Source: Lama glama
Lineage: Eukaryota
Reading direction: 5' to 3'
NCBI GenBank assembly: GCA_028534125.1
Contig: CM052816.1
Span: forward strand, 7,566,001-7,626,000
Length of the DNA: 60,000 nt
Below, piece by piece: positions 1-12,618 of this stretch (the stretch's first letter is position 1; every line of letters starts with the position of its first letter). A program made the translations under genes and the position numbers. The notes under the pieces were generated by a model, which saw nothing but the letters and a program-made list of their open reading frames with translations, was not told where the DNA came from and ran no database searches.

Positions 1-191
1 AAGTGAGAAGTTGGCAGCCCTGTGTTCACCCCTTAGTTGTAATTTTCTAAGTAATCTTATTGCTCCTTGAAATGTAGCATTTGGTCTAGAGTGATTCAGT
101 GTTTTTGGTGACCACAGATAAGAGGGAGGGGACGGCACACATTGTGCCGGGTGAGCTGGGGGCTTTCTGAGCTCTCTCCTATTTGTTACAG

Positions 192-289
192 AAGGAAAAA
201 AACCTGCTGTTGGAGGAGAAAATCACTGCCCTGCAGCAGGAGTATGAGGACCTCCACGCCCGAGGCCGCAATCAGATGGCTGTGTCCAG
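192..289 (+). CDS. CCDC69: CCDC69 penultimate coding exon (KEKNLLLEEKITALQQEYEDLHARGRNQMAVS-R)
   Basis: AG at 190-191, GT at 290-291; 98 nt; coiled-coil peptide resembling the CCDC69 C-terminal region; phase 2 joins the next exon in frame. Confidence 0.9.
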
Positions 290-976
290 GTAGCTGCCCC
301 TACCCCATCTCCTCCCATCCCCACCCTTTTTGCCAAAATCTCCATTTGGCAGAGAGACCCGGGGAATGGACTGACACATTCCCTGTCTGGGGAACGTGGC
401 TCCTCCTTGCTTGGGAGTCGGGAATCCCAAGGCACCAGCTTGGCCCAGAAACCTACATCTCAGTGCTGATTAATATCTGTCTGTCCCCATCCTGGCTGTG
501 TGGGCTCCATGGGACGACCCAACCCAGGAAGAAGGAACAGGAAGCTTAGAGTTCAAGAGGCCAAATGAATGAATGAACATACACAAATAAATAAATCAGT
601 TCTGAGGGCTCAGTAAATGAGAGCTAAGATCATGTGTCAGAGTTAATTGGTTAAATACCCATTACTTCACCTAATCCTCATAATTACTCTAAGAGCTGAG
701 TCTTCTTGTCACTCCCATTTTACAAATTTGGCAATAGTGAAGACCTTTTCTGGAGTTACATCTAAGTGGTGGAGCAGGTCTGAACCCACAGCTGTCTGCC
801 TGTGAGGGCGCACTCCTTGGTCAACAGCTAGAATTGCCTTTTGGGGACTGGGTGGCTGGGCCTGCTGGGGCGCATTGCAGGAAGGCTTCCTGGAGGAGTG
901 GGCTGGTCTCTGCAGGGGCTGAAGGTCCGGAGGGACGGTTCCCCACAGGCAACCCTGGGCTCGTCTGCATCCACAG

Positions 977-1154
977 GCAGCTCTCAGAGGACCTGCTTCT
1001 CACCCGTGAGGCCTTGGAGAAGGAGACGCAGTTACGGCAGCAGCTCCAGCAGAAGAAGGAGGAGCTGCTGTACCGGTTCCTCGGGGCCGACACCTCCCCC
1101 GCCTTCCCCCTGGCCTCCGTCACCCCCACTGAGGTCTCCTTCCTCGCCACCTAG
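977..1154 (+). CDS. CCDC69: CCDC69 last coding exon (QLSEDLLLTREALEKE...VTPTEVSFLAT*)
   Basis: ccacAG acceptor at 975-976; recognisable C-terminus VTPTEVSFLAT; TAG 1152-1154; ANXA6 follows, as in known synteny. Confidence 0.93.
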
Positions 1155-4100
1155 GGCCTGGGCTGCCCTGACACCTGTGTTACAGCTTTTCTCTCTCCAG
1201 GACTGGGCAGAGAAGACAGCAGGAGCCCCTCGTCCTTTTCCCAGAAGGGGATGAGGGCAGGAGTGAGAGGGGGAGCCAGGATGTGTGCCCAGTGAGCCCT
1301 GGGGGCTTCGGCCACGTGGAATCACCTCCAGGGCTTCCAAGGGCCCGAGCAGCACCAACCCTCGAGGTGGCCCAGGCGACGAGCAAGAGGAGTCCTTTTC
1401 TCGCGCCCCCTTCTCTCTGTCCAACTAAGAGAGTTCTGGGGCTTTCCCCAGGGGCAGCCCGTGCCACATGGGTCATCTGACCAAGAGGAGACCACCCCCT
1501 GGTCCTCACGTGTCAGCTTCGCTGCCAGCTCATCAGTGACCTGACTTCCCCCAGATGCTCCCCACACCCCCACCCTGGCCTCCTCTCAGCCTCTAAATTG
1601 GTTGGAGGAACTGCACAACTGGCCCTCAAGTCACTCGGTGTCCCATTCTAGGATTATCTGAAGGTCAGATAGGGGCTGGCAGACAGGGGCCAACCCTGTG
1701 AATCAAACTGGGAAAGGTGAACACTGAGAGGGCTGCTGGTGCCAGGAAGCCAGCTCAGCCCTGGCCAGGGGGCTTGGCAGGGCGTCGGGCATGCCACTGG
1801 TTCCCAGAGTCTGATCAGTTGAGGGGTTATGTCCGGGGCTGCTCCTCCTCCTGCACCTGGCACGGCTCACCCCTCAGCCCTCTGGTCCCTTAGTCTCAGT
1901 GCCATCTGGAAACGGGGGCCACATAGCAGGTCTGGGTACCCACAGCTGGAACCTCATCCCTGTACAGACGAGGGAACTGAGGTGGGGAGTGGGACCCACA
2001 GAGCCAGGACTAGGACCTCATCTGTCATCCAGGTCGCACCTTACTGTGCTTGTTCGTCCTTCCCAGGCTCTGGGAGAGCAGATCTGAGACTTCGTCTTTC
2101 TCCTCCTTCCTCTATCTGGCCCCCACCCCTTGCCAGTGTCTCACTCCTGCTCTCCGCTTAATTCCTCCTACCGCCCCCTGACCCCGGGCCCCCAGTACCC
2201 GGCCCTCAGCCCCCATCAGTGCAGAGGGGCGGCTGCAGTCGCTGAGCTCAGCAGGCCTGGCCAGTCCTGACTGACTGCGGACTCAAGTTTCTTCTCAGGA
2301 AGCTTTCCGTCACCTGAAGACAGAAGGAATCCCGCCCCTGTATAAGCATTTTAATGAAATGCTTTCACATACACCTCCCTCCCTGGACCTGCATAAGGTC
2401 CTTAAAGCAGGTTCTTATCTGACTTTAGCAGAGAGCAAATTGAGCTCGCAGGAGCCAGTGGGCCTTGCCTGAGGTCCCCCCCATCATGGAGGAAAAGTCC
2501 TCACTGGAAGTGAGGCTTCCTCCATCATCTGAGACTGCCTTCCTGAGGCCCCCAGATCTGGACTTCGTCCATTTCTAGTTCTAGGAGCTCAGAGGTGGCG
2601 CTGCTTCTCCAGCCCTGGGCACATGGGTTCTCCAGGAGCCTTGGGGACAGCTCTGGAGTGAAACACACATACGTCAAGTTTTCTCAAAGCCTCTCTCTAG
2701 GATAGGCTTGTTCATTGGACGTTAATGGGCACGACCAAGAAAAGAATGGACGGTCAAGTAATCTGGGAAACTAGGTTCCCTCAAGTTCAACAGATCTGCC
2801 ACCTGCAGGACTTCTCTGAACCGTAAATATGCTGATGTGCACTGCAGATTCCCAAGAAGGAAGCAAAGTGGCCAACATCTCGACCCAAGTTTCTACCCCA
2901 ATCTGAGCACTTCAGGCTGCAGATGCACTTTAGAAAACACCTTTTTAAATCAGAGGGGCCGGGCTGGAGAAGGGACAGGTTGTGGGAAGGGGCGTTTCCT
3001 GCATGTAGCCTGTGGGGCTGTGAGGAGAACTGTGGTCTCACCCGCACCTGGGGCAATCGAGCTATGGGAACTGAAAAGAACACATTATTCCACGTTTATT
3101 TGGCCTCTCTGTTTTCCTGGGAGAGGGAGGGCTGGGTCCTCTCTCAGGGCCGGGATCCTGGAGCAGTAAGCAGTAAGGGGACTCACCAGCAGTTCGGGGC
3201 TCGTCCTCAGGTACTGGTGGCCCACGGGCCCTAGCTTTGCCCAGCCTTGATGAGGGGCCTGGGGTTGGAGTCAAGACTGGCTTGAAGGGTGGCAGAAAAG
3301 ATCAAGACTTGGAGTGAGGCCGAATCAAGAGGTGAAAGCAGCAACAAGCCGGCAGAGTGTAAGGGGTGAGTGCCGAAGTTCTTTCCGCTTTGTCGGGGCG
3401 CCTCCTGGCATCAAAATCAGCGAGGCTCGCACAGTTACCTACCCCTGCTTCTGCGCGTTGCTCCAAACCCAGACTCCAGGGAGCAGAGGAGGGGAGACAC
3501 AAGGGCTTTAGGTGACAAGGACACAGGTGGTAGCTGTCCCCGTGCTCTGAAGGTTGATGACCCAACAGGTACAGCTGTCACCGTCCCGGCCTGGGCCTCT
3601 TCCACATACAGGCTGCTCCTTGCTTCCTGCTGTGCCCGGCTCTCCCGGTGCACTGTGTCCACATCTTGTCGGCCTACTCGCTGACACCAACAGGTGGGCC
3701 CAGCTGCAGGGACAAAAAATAACTGTCCATCAGCTGCCCCGGGTGTGGTCTCTGACTGGGGTACCAGTGGCAGGTAAGGGGCACAGCATATCCCTTCAGG
3801 GAAAGAAGGAGTGTCTTGGCCAAGACCACACCTGAATATCAGAGCACCAGAAAGGCCAGGTTCTTTGAGGGGAAAAGATAAATCCCTTTTCAAGTCCCCG
3901 GGGTAGGAAGCCGGGGTCTCCTCTACTCACGGAGAGGCAGCAATAACTCAGCACTTGCCAGTATGGGTGTCGTGGCTCTCCGGTTCTGTGGGCATGTTAA
4001 TGGGTGATCCCTCCCCAAAGGCAGCAAAGGTGTTTGGGAAACAGTCAAGCAGAGTTCAACTGGGGAGACACACCACCAAGTCTATCACGTGTGGATGTGC

Positions 4101-4689
4101 ATTTTGAATTTCCAAGGCAGATGCTAACAAGAGGCAGTGTTTTCTTAAGAACATGGTTTTTGGAGGAGGGGGTGGTGACATTGTTTGGTATTCTACCATT
4201 CCAAGGGGCATGTGTAGGAGAATGCTGGCCTAGCAGAGCCAGTGTCTCCCAGCCACCTGGGTGTTCTTTTCCCCCTTGTCGGGTGTCAAGTTTCCACTTT
4301 TGACAAGTGGGACAATGATCCCTCACTCTTTCTACCTCCTAAGGCCTCTGGGAGGCTTACCTTCATCATGTCTTTGCTGGTCCAGCCCTCCCCACAAGGC
4401 TCGTGTCAAATCCCAGCCCCTCCAGCAAGCCCTTTGATGAATTCCTAAACTTGTCGGTGGGGTGGCGGGGGGAGCGGGTAGCCTACTGTTTGGCACAGCT
4501 ATTCTCCAGATGTTCAAGGTTATGGATTGGTTCACTGAGAGGAAAGAACACGACCACCACCACCTGGGGAAGGTCTGGGACCACGGTGCGTGGCCAGGAG
4601 ACACTTACTAATGCATTTGGTCCGTTTCCCGTCACATACACACCTGGACACAGGGCCTGAGCGGTTTGTCCAAGCCCAGCTTCATGTGC

Positions 4690-4962
4690 TTTGGGCCAGC
4701 CTGGTCTCAGCTTGAATGTCACCTCAGAGAAGGCGCGGTCACTGCTCCATCTCAGACCCTATCACACTACCTCATTTTATCCTCGATGGAGCACTTTGTA
4801 TTGTCTAGATGATCGGGTCTGTTCATTCCCCCATCTTCCTCCCCATTCAGACTATGAGCTTTCAGAGAGGCGGAAGCCTCATCTCTTTTTAAATCACTGT
4901 AGTCTTGGTACCAAGTACAGTGTCTGGTATGTAGTGGGCACTCAATTATTGGACAAATGAAA
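4690..4962 (+). mobile_element. LINE L2 3' fragment
   Basis: aatgtcacctc...gactatgagct...acagtgtctggtatgtagtgggcactcaat resembles the L2 3' end. Confidence 0.65.
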
Positions 4963-5451
4963 AGGAACAAGTTACTCATTTTTATACACTAAACTGAGAA
5001 GTAGCTCTAACGGACATAGGAGAAAACTGAGGCCCAGAAAAGAGTGACTCGCCTAACGTCACTCAAAAGCAGCATCAGAGTTTGGACTAGAGTCCAGGCT
5101 CCTCAGGTTCCCAGTCACCTAGTGGTCCCCTCTGCCGGGACGGCTCCTGGCCCTCATGCTAATCCTTCCATCCCACGGCCCCGCCCCAAACCACCCCCCC
5201 ACCCCCCACTTACACACGCTGCCTTCTCTTGCCTTCTGCCCTGGGTGTTCCCGGCGAGTCCACAGCCACCTCTGGCTCACCCAGAACCATGCACATCACA
5301 CTGAAGTTCTCTCTCGGTAGGAGCAATGTTGCCAAAGCTTGTGTGGTGGGACTGGGGGAGAAAGGAGGGTCTGCTGTGGAGAGGAGGGGAGGCGGGGGGA
5401 CAAACATGGTGATGGGACTGTAAGAATGGTTGGGATAAGAATCTGGGTGGG

Positions 5452-5995
5452 AGCCAGATCAAGATGGTGGAATAAAAGGACGTGGAGCTCACCTCCCCCA
5501 AGAAACACATCAAAAATGCATCCACATGTGGAACAATTGTCATACAAAACTAATTGGGAACTGGAAGAATTCCTGTGTCACCAAGGCCGCAAGAAAGGTT
5601 GAGTAGGACTTGTTCCCCTGGGAGGGGAATAAGGGGAAAAGGGAGATTGCACAGGCAGGCACTCACCCTGGGGAGTGAGTGGGTTGAACCACAGACTGGG
5701 TGTCTCAGGTTTGGGGTCCTGTGTGGAGGAGATAAGCCCCCTTGGCTGCTTAGAGAACTGCTGAGACCGACAGAAAGGCTGAAGAAGCCTTGACTCCACT
5801 GGTGAGGAGCGCACCGCTGCTGGCTTGCCACTGGACAGGGCAGACGAGTGTGCCCTAGTGGCTACTGCCTCACCACACTCCTCAATCCAGGAACACCCCA
5901 GCCCCACTCACTCCACACCACAGCCTGGCACTGGACCTGGGACAGCCAGGACCCGGGGAAAAACTTGCTCTGGGGATACAGAGGCAACCCAAATG
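5452..5995 (+). mobile_element. L1 5'UTR fragment (cetartiodactyl-type L1)
   Basis: Starts caagatggtggaataaaaggacgtggagctcacctccccc...acatcaaaaatgcatccacatgtggaac and continues with L1 5'UTR-like blocks (ccctggggagtgag, gcccccttggctg, gactccact..tgaggag); recognised from memory. Confidence 0.7.
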
Positions 5996-6029
5996 CCTGG
6001 GAGGTGGTCAGCTTGTGATGATGACAATA

Positions 6030-6190
6030 ATGATCACAACTAAAAACCACTGGGCACCCAGGCACTTTCCATGCACTATCTGATCTAATCCTCACAAAGC
6101 CCTACCAGGAAGCATTCACTGCTGCCCCATTTTACAGATGAGGAAACTGAGTGGCCCCTAAGTTACATAGTATGCCCAGGATCAACAAAT
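6030..6190 (-). mobile_element. MIR SINE
   Basis: Core ccccattttacagatgaggaaactgag at about 6125-6151. Confidence 0.75.
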
Positions 6191-8106
6191 TAGAGGGGTC
6201 CTGTCTGATGCTACTTTGTATTCTTCACCTTGCTGTCCCTGGATCTCAGTTTTTGCATTTATAAAATGAAGAGGTTGGACTAAACCAAGATTTTCCAGTT
6301 TAAAAGCAAACCGATCAATACACAGAGTCTAGATAACAGAATCCTCTCGAAATGTTGAAAAATAATAGTTTTTGTTCTGGTTGAAGGGAACAGCGGGGCT
6401 GGAGACCCACCCACCCAGCTTTTCAATCGCCCCCCCCCGCCCCCCCCCCCGCTCTCTCCTACCGCAGGGCAGGCAGTAAGAGCAATAGAATTAATTCCTC
6501 GGAGCATAGTTTTTAAATTCCTGCACTAGAAGAGCTCTCAGGGATCCTAGTCAGTGCCTATGCTCTAAATGTGTGATCACATCACCCCAGTATCCCCCAT
6601 CCTCCAACTCCTTCTCCTTCAAATCAACCCTCAATTTCAACCATCGCTGCTGTGACAAACTTACCTTCTTATCAGGAAGGTGCCTGCCCCTTCCCTCCCA
6701 TCTGAGGCTCCCTATGGAGCTTCTAACAGCACCGAGTGGGAAAGTGAATTGCCAGTGGACGGACAGATCTGGAAGAGGGTGTCTGGGATGACATCAGATC
6801 TCTAAATCCTGCTTCAAGCACAGCTATTCTCTTGCAGACATTATTACAGCCCCAATCGCTTCCTGGGATGGATGGAAGAAGAGAGATGGAGGGTCTGTCT
6901 CCTCCACGAACTTATCTACTGTCTGGTTCTGGGCTAGAAATCCTTCAGGCTGGGCCCTTGATGGAACCCTACAGCTGCAGATCTTTGCAACAAAAACCAT
7001 AGATTCTTAGAGTCAAAGAATCCAGACATAAACACTCAGACTCTTGGAATTATACAATCTTGGTAGGATCAGGTATAATCAGATTCTTTTAAATTAAAAT
7101 AATAACATGATCACTTATTGAGTGTTAGTGAGCTAGGCTCCAAGCCAAGTGTCTATATATATTACATCATTTAATTGTCAACCCCCCCCTATAATTTTAG
7201 GATTACTTTTATCCTCACTCTACTCCTAAGTAAACTGAGTCTTAGAGACTTAATTTTATTAGATCTTGCCAGTCACTGGAGGAACCAGGATGTATGCTGT
7301 CAGATTTCAGAGTTCCACACACTGTACCATCCGGTGAATCCCAGATTGCTACACTTAAAATGATAGCCTCTGACTTTCAGATCAGAGGCCTGTTGGGTCT
7401 GGAAAGGACTTGGAAGATAATGCACACTGTTTGTCCTTGTCATTGTAAGGACAGAGGTGACAGGACCCAGCCACGGGGGGATCAATGAGTGGAGGAGCTG
7501 AGCTCAGTGCTCAGCTCCAGGGCTCACTCCCCGTCCCCCTGCAGGTGACAGGGCAAGGGGGGTTGGTCCAGGTGGACCCCAGGAGTCCTAGGGGAGAAAA
7601 GAAGATGGAAGGAGATGTCCACACCTAACATGACACAGACGAGCAGGCACCAGGGCGGGAAGCACAGGGCTCTGGGGTCCATGGCAGAGCCACCTGGAGC
7701 CGAGATGCTGATGGCGGCAGAGTTGCAGGGGAGAGAGATTTGGGGCCAGCAGGGTGTGACCAGGGAAGTCTCAAGGGACCCCTGGGAATGGGAGGGGAGG
7801 GGGCCTGATTTCAAAGGCAAATCAAAGTTCTGGCTTCTCCAGGATGCCAAACAAAATTCCTTTCTCTGGGTTCCCCCTGCCAAGGTGAATGGAGCCATTC
7901 AGAGCCCTGTTCAGGAAAATAGTCCTGCAACCCAGAGAGGAGAGTCCCCAGGGGCACACAGGTGGAGCTGGGAGGCAGCCAGAGGGGCCACTGCAGATCA
8001 CAGGAGGCTCGTGAGGGGGCCCTGCCCTGAAGGACAGAACACTTGAGGACCAGATAGGTGAGTGTGGCCAGGAGTGAGGGGCTTATGTTGGACTTTGAGT
8101 ACTCCC

Positions 8107-8373
8107 TGGGGCCAGAGCTACCAGCTGCCTGCTTCTGGGGGGCCTGTGAGCTAAGAATGGTTTTCACATTTTTAAATGGGTAAAACAACATTTGGTGACA
8201 CAGGAAAATTATGTGAAACTCAAATTTCAGTGTCCATAAATAAAGTATTGGAAAACGGCCCTTCTTGTAATGTGATGTCTAGGGCTGCATTTGTACCAGG
8301 ACAGCCGACATGTGGCCCACGGGGCCTGAAATATTTACTGCTGCCCTTGGCAGGAAAACTTCATCGACCCTTG
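8107..8373 (+). mobile_element. MER58B-like hAT-Charlie DNA transposon relic
   Basis: gagctaagaatggttttcacatttttaaatgg, aaatttcagtgtccataaataaag and terminal gacccttg match MER58B. Confidence 0.8.
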
Positions 8374-8709
8374 CTCTAAAGGATGGCGTTTCTACAAAAT
8401 ACTTTCACTTAAGTAAATAATGCATAAATAAAATTCATTCTCCAAAAAAATTAAACTGAAGTTCCATTTGACAGCCCCTCCCCCAATATATGGCCCCATC
8501 CCCTTTCCTCGGAGGGTTTTGCCTTGGTGTGTGTGTTTTCCAGACTTTTCCCTGCATTTACATAAGCACATGTGTATCCATAGAAAAATACAACATTGTT
8601 TCGTGAGTTTTTTTTTAAAGATGGTTTTACACTGTGCATATATTTCTTAAACTTGCTTTAAAAAAAAAAACTCAACAATGTGCCTTGGCCCCCTATAGAC
8701 CTGCTTTTA

Positions 8710-8905
8710 AAAAAATTTTATTGAAATGTGTTTGATTTATAATGGTAGTTTCAGGTGTACAGCAAAGTGATTCAGTTATACATATACATGTATACATACA
8801 TTTTTTTTCTTTTCAGATTCTTTTCCATTATACAAGAAATGGAATATAGTCCCCTGTGCTGTACAGTAGATCCTAGTTGTTATCTATTTTATATACAACA
8901 ACTGT
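8710..8905 (-). mobile_element. 5'-truncated L1 3' end with 14-bp target-site duplication
   Basis: tttcaggtgtacagcaaagtgattcagttatacata (artiodactyl-type L1 tail); flanks tagacctgctttta 8696-8709 and tagacctactttta 8906-8919. Confidence 0.85.
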
Positions 8906-9809
8906 TAGACCTACTTTTATACTTTCAGTTGCTCCGTAGTGTCCTGTGGCTTGGCTCTGGGCTCTAGGCCTTCATCCGTTCCCTGACCAAGGGACATTAG
9001 TTAGGCTGCTTTGGTAAAGGTTGTTTTCATTTTTCACTATTGGAAACAATGCCACAATGAGCAAGAACTAGCATTTCGAGGCTCAAATACCTACATTTCC
9101 TTGAAGACAGTGTTTGTTAAATGAAAAGCAAGGTTTCAGCGCAGGCATGGGTTTTCACTCATGTATGATTGTGACCTAAGTGAATGCCGCAGCGCAGACC
9201 CCTCCAAACAGAGCCAGGAGCTCTTGCTCCCCTGCAGAGTTTGGTCAGCACCCTAGCTCTTGCTAGTAGCGGGTAGAAACCCTCCAGGCTCCTGGTTGCC
9301 ACAGGATTCTCCCTGTATAAACTCTATGGTCATTCTTGGAGGGAGGGAGGGAGGGAGGGCAGAGGGTGGCGGGCAGCAGAGAACAGGGAGCCTGGGGGTT
9401 TGGGGTCTGGTCCTCGCTTTGCCACTCACTGTGTGGCCTCAAGCAGCCTCCTTCCATTGGGTCTCAGTTTCCCCATCTGTCCCAGGAGGGTGACGGACAC
9501 CTAGAGCTCCAGCCTTCCGGAGCTTTAGCATTTTTTTTTTTTTTTGGTGACCGAGTCCTGCAAGGAAGGGCAGGGCTCTGAGAGCTGATGGTTTAGCTTC
9601 CAGCCTCACAGGTGTTGTGTTCTCAAGGGAGGTGCTTGGGAGCTGGGCAGGTCACTTCTTTGGACCCAAGTTCTCACTGCATGTTCCCTAGGGGAGAGAT
9701 TTCACCAGGAGAGCAGCCAGGTGTTCAAGACAATGGGTGTAGGGGACCCATCCAAGGTCCTGGGTCTGGACTGCGGGCTGTTACACACTGAGAGCACCCT
9801 GTTCCTCTC

Positions 9810-9997
9810 TGTCCCACAGCACTTACCACCACTTGTAATTTTATGGGAATCTGTGTGATTGTGCCATGAGCGTCCACCTCTGGCCCTCTAGGGTGTGAGC
9901 TCTGTGAAGGCTGGGACCAGCTCCTGCTTTGTCCCAGTCCCCTCACACAGTGCCTGGCACTTGTGGGCACTAGGCAAACATTTGCTGAATGAATGAA
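9810..9997 (+). mobile_element. LINE L2 3' end
   Basis: cacagtgcctggcac...aaacatttgctgaatgaatgaa terminus. Confidence 0.75.
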
Positions 9998-12118
9998 CGG
10001 CTCCAGGCTGGTTTCAACAGCAGAGACATAGCCCAGACTTCCAATCCCAGAGCTCCCAAAGAGGCAAATAAATAATGGAAGGGAGGGGAGCGGAGAAGGA
10101 CCAGAAACAAAGGGTCCAGTCAACACCATGGAGTTGGAAAGGTCACTCCCTTCCTGGGAATCAGCCCTCAGGTGGGTGAGGGGGCGAGGAGTGTCTGGAA
10201 TGGTAGACCTTGAGAATAAACACTCATGGAATCATTGAATTGTAGAATTCATTCATTCAATTATTTTTCATTTATCAAATTTTTATTGAGAATCTACTTT
10301 ACCAAGCAATGGAGACACGAAGACAGGCATTAACCAAAAGCACACAAATGAATATAAAAATACCAACTGGGACCCATGTTATGATGGAAAGACCAGCATT
10401 CCAGGAGGGGCCGTGGAGAGGGGTGTAAAAAGTGCACTAGAGGAAGGAATAGGGAGGAATTTCTGAAGAAGGGCTATTTAAGGAGAAACCCACAAGAATA
10501 GTAAGAGCTAGTCAGGCAGGCTTCTGCCAGGCTTAGAAGAAGAGCTCTCATTTCATGCAAATGGAATCTTTCAATAGAATTTTGAGTGAGTCATGGGATC
10601 TTGGAGTCCCAGAAAGGGGATCTCAGGGTTAGAGAATCTTAATCTCACAGAATATTGAAACAAACACAGATTCTTCGGCAGCAAATGGGATCTTAGGATG
10701 TCAGAGACCAAAAGTCTTCATATAGGAAACAAAGAACAAAAGGAATCTTAGAGGATCATTTAATCCTATCCCCTTCTCTCTACTAACACACAGATAGCAA
10801 CAAAACTGCTGTGCAAAACCCCATGACCCAGCCAGCCTAGCTCTCACCTCTTATTATTAATAGACCAGGACTCTATCCACTTAATAAATAATAACAATGC
10901 TTATGTTTATTATCTCATTACTAAGCACTAATTGCTGCCAAGTCATTTATATTATTACATCAGTAAATTCCAACAGCAAACTTGTGAGTATCCACGTATT
11001 ATAACTGAGAAAACAGAATCTCAGAAAAATAAAGAAATGGTTCATGGTGACCCCACTAGAATGTGGTGGAACTAGACCCCTAGGGCTTATTTGCTTTTTA
11101 ATGTAAAGACTGTGCTCTACAGCGCTGCACAACACAGATTTTTCTAATTACAGTGGTTTTCAGACCTGCCCCTTTCACCATGACCCCTGCCTTCCTAAAC
11201 TTTCTCCTTGGGGATCTCAGCAATCCCTTTGCCCTACTTTGCTGTGGGGTGATGAGCTGTCTGGAAGGTCCACAGTACACTCAGGTGTCCAAGAAGCCTT
11301 CTCATCTCTATATGCTGCTAAACCTAAAAGAAGTGAGTTTGTTTAGGAGACTCAGGAGACAGCTTGAGAAAACCTGAGTTCAGGTCAGGCCCTAAATAGC
11401 TGTGTTACATAGGCTCAGCCATGGAACTTCCCTGGGTCCCAGGTTCCATGTCTTTTAAATGGGGTTATAGCGCCTGCTCCGTCTCTCTCAATTGCGAAGG
11501 GATAATGGATGAAAAAACGTTTCATGATGTATGAAATATATGTCATGATTCTAAAGTTCAGTGGTTTCTCTTCTACCTTGCGAGTGGCAGCATGGATTGA
11601 TTTCCTCTCAATGGAGGGCAACTTGGCAATATTTATCAGAAGCCTCAAAAAATACTCCTTACTCTTCTATCCGGAATTCAAGTTTCAGAAAACAATCTCA
11701 AAGCCATGCTGAAAAAAATCAGAATCAACAAACATCCCAACAATAGGCAATTAGATACATAAGCTGTACTATTACCATGTAATGGAATTTGATACAGTTA
11801 CTTTCAATGTCTTGAATAAGGACATTTAATCATATTTAAAATGTTCACAACAAATTAAGTTTTATAAAAGATAAAATGGTATTTGTAATAAGTTACAACT
11901 TTTTTTGCAAAGAAAAGAAAATGCCCCATAAATGCTGCTATTATTATATTTGTTGTTGCTATTATATAATAAAGAATGAGTTGTTAATGTAGGCTCTCTT
12001 TGGCTTGTAAAATTATGGCTTTAAATTGTTTTTCCTCTTTCGATTATCTCTAATGAATACCCATTATTTTTACAATAAGAGAAACAAAGAAAATCATGAG
12101 AAAAGTAGTGTGATTTTT

Positions 12119-12618
12119 NNNNNNNNNNNNNNNNNNNNNNNNNNNNNNNNNNNNNNNNNNNNNNNNNNNNNNNNNNNNNNNNNNNNNNNNNNNNNNNNNN
12201 NNNNNNNNNNNNNNNNNNNNNNNNNNNNNNNNNNNNNNNNNNNNNNNNNNNNNNNNNNNNNNNNNNNNNNNNNNNNNNNNNNNNNNNNNNNNNNNNNNNN
12301 NNNNNNNNNNNNNNNNNNNNNNNNNNNNNNNNNNNNNNNNNNNNNNNNNNNNNNNNNNNNNNNNNNNNNNNNNNNNNNNNNNNNNNNNNNNNNNNNNNNN
12401 NNNNNNNNNNNNNNNNNNNNNNNNNNNNNNNNNNNNNNNNNNNNNNNNNNNNNNNNNNNNNNNNNNNNNNNNNNNNNNNNNNNNNNNNNNNNNNNNNNNN
12501 NNNNNNNNNNNNNNNNNNNNNNNNNNNNNNNNNNNNNNNNNNNNNNNNNNNNNNNNNNNNNNNNNNNNNNNNNNNNNNNNNNNNNNNNNNNNNNNNNNNN
12601 NNNNNNNNNNNNNNNNNN
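12119..12618. other. Assembly gap (exactly 500 N)
   Basis: Run of N; the round length suggests a placeholder size. Confidence 0.99.

Noticed and set aside
6452..6481. Possible 8-nt micro-exon (cctaccgcAG ggcaggca GTAAGA)
   Set aside because: Too short, not frame-preserving and no host transcript evident
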